Assembly (NCBI GenBank): GCA_018303825.1
Contig: JAGVXK010000014.1
Coordinates: forward strand, 1-10,370
DNA length: 10,370 nucleotides
Source: Candidatus Pacearchaeota archaeon
GTDB lineage: Archaea > Nanobdellota > Nanobdellia > Pacearchaeales > GW2011-AR1
Direction: 5' to 3'
Below, piece after piece: positions 1-7,891 of the stretch. Within the stretch, counting starts at the first letter, position 1, and every line of letters starts with the position of its first letter. Position numbers and translations under genes: made by a program. Below the pieces are notes generated by a model. The model had not been told where the DNA came from. It worked only from the letters and a program-made list of their open reading frames with translations, and made no database searches.

Positions 1-2
1 TA

Positions 3-50
3 CAAAAGTTGTATAGGAAAAATCCCTCTAAAGTGGACAAAAAGTCCTAG
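3..50 (+). CDS. Possible C-terminal fragment of a convergent gene running in from the left edge
   Basis: Frame +3 is open from the edge (QKLYRKNPSKVDKKS*) to TAG at 48-50, followed by the T tract TTATTTTTATTT (67-78). Too short to verify; frame +1 is also open to 114. Confidence 0.2.
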   Translation, partial: QKLYRKNPSKVDKKS

Positions 51-103
51 AGTTCGGCGGGAGCACTTATTTTTATTTGGTATTAAGATTAATAGTTTGA
101 AGG

Positions 104-118
104 TTAAAAATTAAAAGA
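104..118 (-). terminator. Possible oligo-T terminator of the operon
   Basis: Minus strand TCTTTTAATTTTTAA immediately after the gene E stop codon. Archaeal terminators are typically T tracts. Confidence 0.35.
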
Positions 119-3100
119 TTAAGAGGCGGGCTCGACAGAAGTTATCTTTACAGTATCCTTGGCATTTCTGGCAGTTCCTTTCTTCATCGGGTCATATACT
201 ATAAGTTTTGCATCAGGACGCCTTCCTACAATCTCTCTATTCTTAGCTCCTATTTGAGCAAGTATTCTTCTAGGCATGCAGCTGTAGTCCCTTAATGTAC
301 TAGGGTCTACATACGCAAAAACAGGATATTCTCTATTTTCAGGGGCAACTACATAGTCTGCAGGTGTTTTGCCCTGGCTTTCCATATAGGCTAAGACTTT
401 TGCTCTTACTTGCTCCTTCAATTCGAAGAATAAATGTTCATGATTCCTTACCTGCTCGCCTTCTGACTGGGTGTGGATTTCAGCGAGTACATCTTTCTTT
501 CCTTTTGCAGCTCCAATCCCAAAAAACTTTTCGAAAAATCTCTTCTCAATTACAGGACGGTCATATAGCTCATGCACTTTCTGATGGATTAAACTGTCAA
601 AAAGCCTGTAAGCTAAATTAATTCTTGGAGCATCAGGATTTGCATACATTTCAGGGTGTGGGTGGGCAAGGACTGCGAGCTCGGAGAGTCTGCTGTCATG
701 CAGGTTAATGTGCAATTTTTGCTTTGTTGATGCAAGTGACGATCTGTAACAGTATGGATCTTGGTTCAATCCATGGAATGCAAGAACTACTTCAGGTGCT
801 TTTATTCCAGTAGCCTCTGCAATCACTTCAGACATCTTACCAGCAGTTCTCATTAATGGAACATATGCCTCGGAAGTGTTAGTCTCTCTGATTATATCCT
901 GCAGCTTGTTCACTGTCATGTTGTCAAATTCTAGCTGTGATAATTTCTGGCCTCCAATGTAATAATACAAAACTGATTTTTCAAAGAGATATCTCGATCT
1001 TCTCTTTATAGATTCAACAGTTTTGTTTGCAACCTCTTCAGTTCCATGGGCAACTCTCTTTCCTGCTGCATAAGTATACTGGCCTACTTTTCTTCCGCAC
1101 TTTGCAAAAGCGCTTCCAATAGCAGAGAATCTCTCACCCCAGCTGACGGGCTGATGTGGGTTCATATTGTTTACTAATCTTCTTCTTTCAACATAACTTT
1201 GGAATGATTCCTGCATTTTTTCAGCATACCCTGGATATCTAACAGGATTCATCGGGCTTGCTAATCTCAATAACCCTCTGCCAGTTGCGCATCCTGCAGC
1301 AGCAAGCTTCCTTGCAACATATAATGAAACTTCCTTCGTTTTGTCAAATTTTTGAGGACTCTCATACCATCCTTGAATACCCTGCCTTGCATCATGTACC
1401 ACTCCGGCAACAAATCTTGCAACTCCAGAATTTATGGGCTCCATATCTTTAGGCCAGAATAATTCCCTCAACACCATATGCCCGAATCCTATTCCTGAAA
1501 ACATATATGCTGTGACAAATGCTTCTTTACCAAAAGAGATGACGTTGTCTAATCTATCTTCCAAGACTTTAACATCATATTTCAGATGTGCATGTGTTCC
1601 AACAGTCATTATTTGGTTAACAACAGTATTAACTAATGGATTTCTAGAATCAACGAAATACTCTCCATCCATGAAATTGTGCTTATTTATATCAAGAAAC
1701 GCTCCCTTTAGAGTCTGGCATACTAGTTTCTGCTCCATATAAATCTTGATTAAATCTTCAATAGATATCTTAACTTCTTTCTTCTGCAGCTCTGCTCTTG
1801 AAGGTGCAGCTGTATCCGGACAAGATTCCAATCTTTTCCAATCAACCCCATAATCCTGACCATTACCCTGCCAACTGGCTCCGGGCTCACTCCTCCAATA
1901 GCTGCCAGTACTAACAGTAGGTGCGGTTATTTTTTCAAATATTTCCCCAAGAGTTGGAACTGCCGTTCTTCTTGGAGCATCAGCCTTTGGTTTATGCTGC
2001 GTGCTGTAATAATAAGTTGCAGGGATTATTTTCTTCGCCATAATCTGCCTCATGAAACTGTTTGTTCCTATCTTGGAAAGATATCTTTTTGTTAATGCTT
2101 TTTCAATTCTTTCTCTCTTTTTCTTTCTCTTTTCCTCAACATCTTTATATAATCCAACCTTATCAATAACATATTTACAGCCCCTTCCAAGCATTCTTCC
2201 ACCATCCATAATAAACTGCCCGGTAGCATTATACGCTATTCTTCCAATGTTAGCCACTTCAGTTCTAAACTCTCTTCCTGCATGCGCAATTGCCTCAAGA
2301 GATAATCTAAATCCTGATAAATCGTAATATTGAGGGTTCTTTTTGGCTTCTTCAATCCGTTCACTGATATCATGATAAATTCCCCTACCTAAATAGCATA
2401 ATCCTCCTCCAGCCGCAATAGTTCCAGCTGCTATTCCAACACCAATTCCAAGTTTAAGAAGCGGCTGAATTCCAATCTTCTCATAAAGCTTATATCCTCC
2501 ATAGATAACAGGGGTTGCAATGGCAACAGTTGATGCAGCAACCTTTCCAGCATGTATATATCTAGGTTTATTCTCCGGCCAATCTTTCTTAAATCGGCGT
2601 ACCTCCTCCATAATTCCATGAGGGATATCTTCAATAATAAATTCAAGAGTTTGTTTAGCTCCTCTTCCAATTGCCTTTGCTCCTTTAACTCCTAATCTTC
2701 CTAAACCGCATCCAATGTCTATTGTTGTGCTTGCAATATTTGCAGCATTCGATGCAATTCTTCTTCCAATACTGTATTTTTGTGAATTTATTCTGTATAT
2801 GACTGGTGCAACTTCTCTGGCAAAAAGACCCCCAAGACTCTTCAGCAGAGCATCTGACTTTCCGTACAGAAGTTCATCATCAGCTAAGACAGTATCTAGG
2901 AATATATTCTCAAATGTTAAATACATTCCAACATTAATGCCTGAGGCATCATCTGCAATTACATTATTTCTTCCTTTTGTTAAAGTAGCCTCATTAGGAA
3001 CTTCCACCCAAAAGTCAACACCCATTGTTAATAAATCGTCCATCAGAACGCTATGTATCGATTCATCTCTGAATGGGTTTGAATCATATTTTATGAATAA

Positions 3101-4084
3101 TCCTCTTTGAGTGTATAATATCTGTTCCAAATTCTGATTTCTTGCTTTGAAGCTCGGGTCTGCCAGATTTGCATCAAATGCTCTCTTGGAAACTCCCATT
3201 GTTAAGACTCCTGATTTTCCATCACACATTCTTACTGTTACCGGATCTGCAGTCTTGTATGTTCTACGGATATTGTTTATTATAGCTCCATCACCTTCTA
3301 TGACTACATCCGAATCTCTGACCATTCCAAGATGCTGATACAAAGACTCAAGCATCTCAGATTTAGTAAGCTTCTGTTGCGGAATGAATGCTGCAACTTC
3401 CGTTCCGAAACCGGATTCTCCTAATCTGGAATCAAATCCTCCGTTTGAATTAAATGCAAGAGCAGCCATACATTCTCCGTCAGGCTGTCTGAAGATTAAT
3501 GCCTGTGATGTATTTGGAGAATCTGCGCTTCTTGAAACAACTCTTACATGGCTGGCAAGGTCTACAACTGAATACCATCCAATTCCATGCTCTCCAATCT
3601 TTGTAGGATCCATTTCCTTTCCAGAGTTATATGGAATCAAAAGATCTCTTACTATTTGTTCAGGCCCCATACCTACTCCAAAGTCTCTTACTCTTAAGAT
3701 TGGTCCATCGTGAACCTTGTCTTCATTTGATTCATCGAGATTGAACACAACTTTCTTTACCGGAACCCCAGGATTATATGAGTCCATACCATTCTGCCCG
3801 AGCTCTCTCAATGTTGCGTTTTTGTCACCAAATTGCACTTCAATAGTCTTCCTGACAATCTCCTTGAATAGCTTTGTTGCTGTCGTAGAGCCTCTTGCTT
3901 CTTCAACTAACTTAGCAGCTTCATCTTTATATCCTGGCTGTTGTGAAACGAGAGTCTTTAGGAAATTATCAAAATTACCGACCATCTGCATCAAAACCAA
4001 GTCAGAGATAGGAACAACGCAGACATCTCCATTGTTCTCTTTCTTAAATTTATCCAAAACTGCTTCCAGATTACTTGTTTGCAT
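119..4084 (-). CDS. Large Hsp90-like GHKL ATPase with membrane-type insert and C-terminal degenerate zincin-like domain, ~1321 aa (start revised from TTG 4132 to ATG 4084)
   Basis: LRELGQNGMDS (~3780-3812), RDFGVGM (3668-3688), IGEHGIGWYS (3569-3598), GFGTEV, TLTKGRNN (Arg 2969-2971). Glycine-zipper segment at 2402-2449, HQKVH at 572-586 and NHEHLFF at 425-445. The ATG at 4084 has GAGGAGG 6 nt upstream and overlaps the stop of gene D. Confidence 0.85.
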   Translation of the reverse strand: MQTSNLEAVLDKFKKENNGDVCVVPISDLVLMQMVGNFDNFLKTLVSQQPGYKDEAAKLVEEARGSTTATKLFKEIVRKTIEVQFGDKNATLRELGQNGMDSYNPGVPVKKVVFNLDESNEDKVHDGPILRVRDFGVGMGPEQIVRDLLIPYNSGKEMDPTKIGEHGIGWYSVVDLASHVRVVSRSADSPNTSQALIFRQPDGECMAALAFNSNGGFDSRLGESGFGTEVAAFIPQQKLTKSEMLESLYQHLGMVRDSDVVIEGDGAIINNIRRTYKTADPVTVRMCDGKSGVLTMGVSKRAFDANLADPSFKARNQNLEQILYTQRGLFIKYDSNPFRDESIHSVLMDDLLTMGVDFWVEVPNEATLTKGRNNVIADDASGINVGMYLTFENIFLDTVLADDELLYGKSDALLKSLGGLFAREVAPVIYRINSQKYSIGRRIASNAANIASTTIDIGCGLGRLGVKGAKAIGRGAKQTLEFIIEDIPHGIMEEVRRFKKDWPENKPRYIHAGKVAASTVAIATPVIYGGYKLYEKIGIQPLLKLGIGVGIAAGTIAAGGGLCYLGRGIYHDISERIEEAKKNPQYYDLSGFRLSLEAIAHAGREFRTEVANIGRIAYNATGQFIMDGGRMLGRGCKYVIDKVGLYKDVEEKRKKKRERIEKALTKRYLSKIGTNSFMRQIMAKKIIPATYYYSTQHKPKADAPRRTAVPTLGEIFEKITAPTVSTGSYWRSEPGASWQGNGQDYGVDWKRLESCPDTAAPSRAELQKKEVKISIEDLIKIYMEQKLVCQTLKGAFLDINKHNFMDGEYFVDSRNPLVNTVVNQIMTVGTHAHLKYDVKVLEDRLDNVISFGKEAFVTAYMFSGIGFGHMVLRELFWPKDMEPINSGVARFVAGVVHDARQGIQGWYESPQKFDKTKEVSLYVARKLAAAGCATGRGLLRLASPMNPVRYPGYAEKMQESFQSYVERRRLVNNMNPHQPVSWGERFSAIGSAFAKCGRKVGQYTYAAGKRVAHGTEEVANKTVESIKRRSRYLFEKSVLYYYIGGQKLSQLEFDNMTVNKLQDIIRETNTSEAYVPLMRTAGKMSEVIAEATGIKAPEVVLAFHGLNQDPYCYRSSLASTKQKLHINLHDSRLSELAVLAHPHPEMYANPDAPRINLAYRLFDSLIHQKVHELYDRPVIEKRFFEKFFGIGAAKGKKDVLAEIHTQSEGEQVRNHEHLFFELKEQVRAKVLAYMESQGKTPADYVVAPENREYPVFAYVDPSTLRDYSCMPRRILAQIGAKNREIVGRRPDAKLIVYDPMKKGTARNAKDTVKITSVEPAS

Positions 4085-5855
4085 TCTTCGCCTCCTCAGG
4101 TATCTGGATAACTCTCTGTTCTTTCTGCTCAATAACAGCTCTGCTGGCCTTTCCAGCAGCTGTTGCAGCCTGACTTGTTTGTTCTGCCTTTAAAAATGAT
4201 TTTGGTGCAAGAGAGGCATATTGATATTCCCTTAAAAGATTCTCATCATTCAATGCGCCGTTTATCATATATGCTCCCAAACCAGCATCTTCACAGTATG
4301 CTGCCAGAACACCATATGCTTTTGTATGGTCAAATCCTCCAACAATCTTAGGATGATTGACGTTGATATATAACTGATGTCCTTTATGTTTATCAGTCTT
4401 GGAAGGTTTGATTAAGAAAAGACTTACTCCTGAAGAAGGAAGCTCGATAAAATCAATGGACATAAGAGCATAGGTATCAATTCTTTCTCTTAAATGTCTT
4501 AGATTTGGAAAACCAGTATCATCCATTGCAATAGCCGTTCTCAATTCTTTAGGAGCCCATGACTTTGTAGGTTTCAGAACTTCAGCAAAAAACGCTTCTA
4601 TATTTTTGAATCTTTCAAGCCAATAGCTAAATGCATGGTCATCAACAGCAAATCCTATTTGATCAAGATAATTTCCGACAAAAGGATAGAGCATATCCCT
4701 ATGAGATCTTCTGAATACATACTGTCTTCCGTTCAAGAGGGACTCTTCCAATCCTTTCAGGTCAGGTATTCTTTGTAATGTTGTTAAACCGAATGCGGAT
4801 GCCAGAGAGGGAATAAAGTTGGCCATTTTAGTGGTAAGTGCAGCAGATGGCTTCTGCGCTTTAATGTAGTCATACAATGCTTTGAAGACACCTTCCACAG
4901 CAAGATTGTAATTGTCATCAATCTTGAATTCATCTCTTCCTTCAACGACCTGAACAAGACTTGGGAATGATATTGTAGCAGCTCCATGGTTTACGGAAAG
5001 CTTTTTAACTGGAATTCCTTGCGAATTGAGTCTAATTGTATTCTCATTTGGATTATCAATGATCTGTAGCCCCACTCTCTGCGCAAAATCAGCTCCATTA
5101 TATTTGAAAGTTACAGGATATGATGCCCATTGCTGCTCCGAATCATCATTTATCTGCCTGTCATTTCCTAAAAATATTCTTGCAACATATGATGGGATAT
5201 TCTGCAGTTCAGATTCAAAATATTCTAAAAGAGAATCTTTTTCTCTGAATCTTGCATTGGACGAGGAGCTCTTTATTTTGACCATAGTACCTCTTTTCTT
5301 TTTTCTTATTTTTTCAATAGACATTCTTAATCCTGAGACTTCTTTAGCGGTAGAATAAAACTGTATTCTGTATCTATCATCTCCCTTCTGTGTTTCGAGA
5401 GTTACAGTTGCCTTTTCAGGCTCACTGATGCAATAATTCAATGTTGAGATAAAACCCACTCCGAATTTACCTATCTGATGTATTCCATCTTTCTTAGTGT
5501 TGAAAGGAATAATCAATAGTTCTAAAATATCTTTAAGATCCATACCCTCTCCATTGTCTTCTACCTTGAATCTTCCTCCAGCATATATTCTTACATCATA
5601 TGGTGTTGTTTGCTGTTGTGGTCTGGCATCAATGGCATTAAGGATAACTTCAAGCATAGGTCTTTGCTTTGAAGAGAACTGATTGAATACTTCTTCTTTC
5701 AATATTTTTTCAATATATTTTCTATTCTGCGGGCTGTCTCCGGCATTCCCGTCAATTTTTGCTCCGCTTTGAATTGCCTGCACTGCTGCTTCTAGTCCTT
5801 GTATTCTTAAACCAATATTTATCCAATTGGTCAAAGGAAGATCATACTTATGCAT
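4071..5855 (-). CDS. Hsp90-like GHKL ATPase (HATPase_c_3 type), 594 aa
   Basis: Bergerat-fold motifs: EVILNAIDA (5625-5651), EDNGEGM (5541-5561), IGKFGVGF (5451-5471), GTMV. Middle-domain VVEGRDEF (Arg 4935-4937, resembles the Hsp90 LNxSRE catalytic loop). LYINVNHPKI (4344-4373) resembles Hsp90 LEINPxHPII. Confidence 0.85.
   Translation of the reverse strand: MHKYDLPLTNWINIGLRIQGLEAAVQAIQSGAKIDGNAGDSPQNRKYIEKILKEEVFNQFSSKQRPMLEVILNAIDARPQQQTTPYDVRIYAGGRFKVEDNGEGMDLKDILELLIIPFNTKKDGIHQIGKFGVGFISTLNYCISEPEKATVTLETQKGDDRYRIQFYSTAKEVSGLRMSIEKIRKKKRGTMVKIKSSSSNARFREKDSLLEYFESELQNIPSYVARIFLGNDRQINDDSEQQWASYPVTFKYNGADFAQRVGLQIIDNPNENTIRLNSQGIPVKKLSVNHGAATISFPSLVQVVEGRDEFKIDDNYNLAVEGVFKALYDYIKAQKPSAALTTKMANFIPSLASAFGLTTLQRIPDLKGLEESLLNGRQYVFRRSHRDMLYPFVGNYLDQIGFAVDDHAFSYWLERFKNIEAFFAEVLKPTKSWAPKELRTAIAMDDTGFPNLRHLRERIDTYALMSIDFIELPSSGVSLFLIKPSKTDKHKGHQLYINVNHPKIVGGFDHTKAYGVLAAYCEDAGLGAYMINGALNDENLLREYQYASLAPKSFLKAEQTSQAATAAGKASRAVIEQKEQRVIQIPEEAKNANK
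4091..4097 (-). promoter_or_regulatory. Shine-Dalgarno site for gene E
   Basis: GAGGAGG 6 nt upstream of ATG 4084. Confidence 0.8.
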
Positions 5856-7890
5856 TTGCTAGAGCCCTCCCATAAAAGTCTTTTGTGAATCTGATGCTCT
5901 TATTAGCAAAATCTTCTCCATCTTTAACAAGCTCAACAGGCCATCCAATATCTTCAACCGCTCTTGAGAAAGCATTATGCTGCCCCATCTGATAAAGGAA
6001 GAATTGCCCATCGCCTGATTCTTTCATTGATGCAAGTTCATCAATAAGCCCTTGCTCCTTCCCTTGTTCAAGGAATGTAAATCCTGTATCGCTGAGCATA
6101 ATAGATATATAATGATCAAGTCTTTCAGATCTCATCTTTCTTATCTCATCTCTGTCAAGAGTAGTCATTCCACCCTGATAAGCCATTAATGCTTTCTTGA
6201 ATTTTTCAACTTCAGAAGGACTGCACCATCCAGAAGAGACTGTTCTGTTTGAGAAATTCATAGCATGCAGATTAACAAAAGAGATAAGATTAGTTTCATT
6301 AAGATATCTCAAAACTGAATAAACTCCTAATAAAGCATGATGATAATCTCCTATTCCTCCAAATGGATCAAACTTCATAGATGAGCTGCTGTCAATTATG
6401 AAGCTTAAGTCTGGAATTCCTGATAAATGCCCTTCATGCTCTATTGGCAGTACAATAGGGTTTGTTCTCTTTGCAAGAGCAATTCTTCTTCCATCTTTCG
6501 TTGGAAAGACTCTTGTTGAACCCCAGCTGACAGATCTTGATGAAAACTCGCTTAAAGGAACTTCCTCCGTTGATGTTAGTATCTCATATTGCTCTTCAGT
6601 TCCTTCCTCAGCGTCTGTGAATACCTTAATCAAACCAGCTCTTTCCTGATACAATTTATCTATAATAGGATAATGAATCATATATTCAGAGCTAATATCT
6701 CCTTCAGCATTGCCTTGTGTTAACTCTTTAAATAAGTCTTTCAGTTTTTTCTTTAGATTTCCTCCGCCTCCTGTCTGCTTTTGCTCTTTCTTATCAGATT
6801 TTTTGTCTCCTCCACTGCCATTCTGATCTTTCTTATCTTTGCCGCTTCCATCTTTCTTATCTTCCTTCTTTTCAGGTCCCTGTCCTCCGCTCTTTCCGTC
6901 CTTTTTGTCTCCCTTGCCCGGCGATTTCTGTTCTTTTGGCTTTCCCGATTCTGATTTCTCAGGTCTTTCTCTTGTATATGAACTTTCAACTTCTCTGTTT
7001 CTTCTATTTCTGCTAAGCAATGGGTACATAATTGTAGTATAATTGTATGCCATGTCTCTCCATTGTGTGGTGTCATATAATCTTCCGAGAATATCCTGTG
7101 CATGGATGTCAGTCAATGTTCTTTTCATTGCCTCTTCAGTTAGTTCTCTGCTTCCCGTGAATATATCAAGAATCTTTCCAACATATCTATAAGCTGCAGG
7201 GAAGAAGAGGGGATGATTTTTTCTTATTTTAGCCTGCAAATCAGGATTTGTCTGGCAAAGATGCTGATTGGAATCGAGAAAAACTACAAATCCCTTGTCA
7301 GTATACTTCATCATTTGTCTTTGCATAAAATTTGCCTGAGATCTCATCATATGTGAAGTCAAAAGGTAATGCAATGCCAATCCATCTCTGTACCCCTGCC
7401 TTTCCTGAGATTTCAGAGAATTAACTCCGTTTAATACAGTGTCTGAGAACATATTGAACAAATAGAACGAAACTCCTTCTATTTCCTGTCTTGAGAATTC
7501 TTTTCCATTGACATATCTGAAGATTCCCTCGAGAACAGTTTCAAGATTCTCTTTTGTAGCAGGGCATATAGAGTGATGTCCATGCTCGTGCTTCATTACA
7601 AAGATACATTCTGAGTCAATAACATTATCTCTTGTGAGATCAAGTTTTTCTTTTTCAAGCATAGTATCTATCTGCTCTTCTATGTTTGTAGGAAGGGTAA
7701 AATGAATGATTTTTTCATCAAGAGTTATAAAAGCAGACATAGTCGCCAATGCTTTAGGATCTTCGGCAGTTACAGCAATGTCATTAAAGTTTTTTATTCC
7801 ATTTCTTGTAAACACGTCCAAGCACTTTAGTCTTATTCTATTTTCAACTTCTTTCTTTAAAGCAGCAGCAATTTCGTCAGGATCAGCCAT
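5848..7890 (-). CDS. Zincin-like (HExxH) N-terminal domain + low-complexity linker + C-terminal VWA domain protein, 680 aa
   Basis: HEHGH at 7576-7590 in a helix (IFVMKHEHGHH), with downstream NMFSDTVLN (7429-7455) as candidate third-ligand motif. VWA MIDAS: LSFIIDSSSSM (DxSxS 6379-6393), GGMTT (6160-6174), IMLSD (D 6088-6090). SD AAGGAGGT upstream. Confidence 0.85.
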   Translation of the reverse strand: MADPDEIAAALKKEVENRIRLKCLDVFTRNGIKNFNDIAVTAEDPKALATMSAFITLDEKIIHFTLPTNIEEQIDTMLEKEKLDLTRDNVIDSECIFVMKHEHGHHSICPATKENLETVLEGIFRYVNGKEFSRQEIEGVSFYLFNMFSDTVLNGVNSLKSQERQGYRDGLALHYLLTSHMMRSQANFMQRQMMKYTDKGFVVFLDSNQHLCQTNPDLQAKIRKNHPLFFPAAYRYVGKILDIFTGSRELTEEAMKRTLTDIHAQDILGRLYDTTQWRDMAYNYTTIMYPLLSRNRRNREVESSYTRERPEKSESGKPKEQKSPGKGDKKDGKSGGQGPEKKEDKKDGSGKDKKDQNGSGGDKKSDKKEQKQTGGGGNLKKKLKDLFKELTQGNAEGDISSEYMIHYPIIDKLYQERAGLIKVFTDAEEGTEEQYEILTSTEEVPLSEFSSRSVSWGSTRVFPTKDGRRIALAKRTNPIVLPIEHEGHLSGIPDLSFIIDSSSSMKFDPFGGIGDYHHALLGVYSVLRYLNETNLISFVNLHAMNFSNRTVSSGWCSPSEVEKFKKALMAYQGGMTTLDRDEIRKMRSERLDHYISIMLSDTGFTFLEQGKEQGLIDELASMKESGDGQFFLYQMGQHNAFSRAVEDIGWPVELVKDGEDFANKSIRFTKDFYGRALANA
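5865..5871 (-). promoter_or_regulatory. Shine-Dalgarno site for gene D
   Basis: GGGAGGG 9 nt upstream of ATG 5855. Confidence 0.7.
6760..6975 (-). repeat. Low-complexity Lys/Asp/Gly/Ser linker with degenerate DKK repeats in gene C
   Basis: Protein reads GDKKDGK, EDKKDGS, KDKKDQN, GDKKSDKK. The exact 14-mer atctttcttatctt occurs at 6826-6839 and 6850-6863, and its 11-nt core also at 6785-6795. Confidence 0.75.
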
Positions 7891-7891
7891 G

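Noticed and set aside
53-70. GTTCGGCGGGAGCAC as a tRNA or 16S rRNA fragment
   Set aside because: No cloverleaf, and no TTCRAATCC T-arm before the putative acceptor end. The 16S-like resemblance (GGCGGGGGAGCAC) is short and imperfect with no flanking similarity. Kept only as a weak note in the findings.
119-360. Weak internal repeat at the gene E C-terminus (NREYPVFAYVDP vs NREIVGRRPDAKLIVYDP)
   Set aside because: Only NRE and DP match, with unequal spacing, which is not distinguishable from chance by eye.
4085-4132. ORF-track start of gene E at TTG 4132 (MSRKNRELSRYLRRRR extension)
   Set aside because: It lies deep inside gene D with no SD. The ATG at 4084 has GAGGAGG at ideal spacing and overlaps D's stop like the C/D junction.
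2715-4193. Chain of same-frame plus-strand ORFs (131, 63, 109, 158 aa) that could look like a broken antisense gene
   Set aside because: Ser/Leu/Phe/Pro-rich shadow translation of the gene E coding strand, interrupted by stops, with no motifs or SD sites.
119-5855. Calling genes D/E htpG, mutL, gyrB or histidine kinases
   Set aside because: They share the GHKL fold, but length, paralogy, inserts and context differ. There is no MutL GFRGEAL, no GyrB-type motifs and no H-box, so no gene symbol was assigned.
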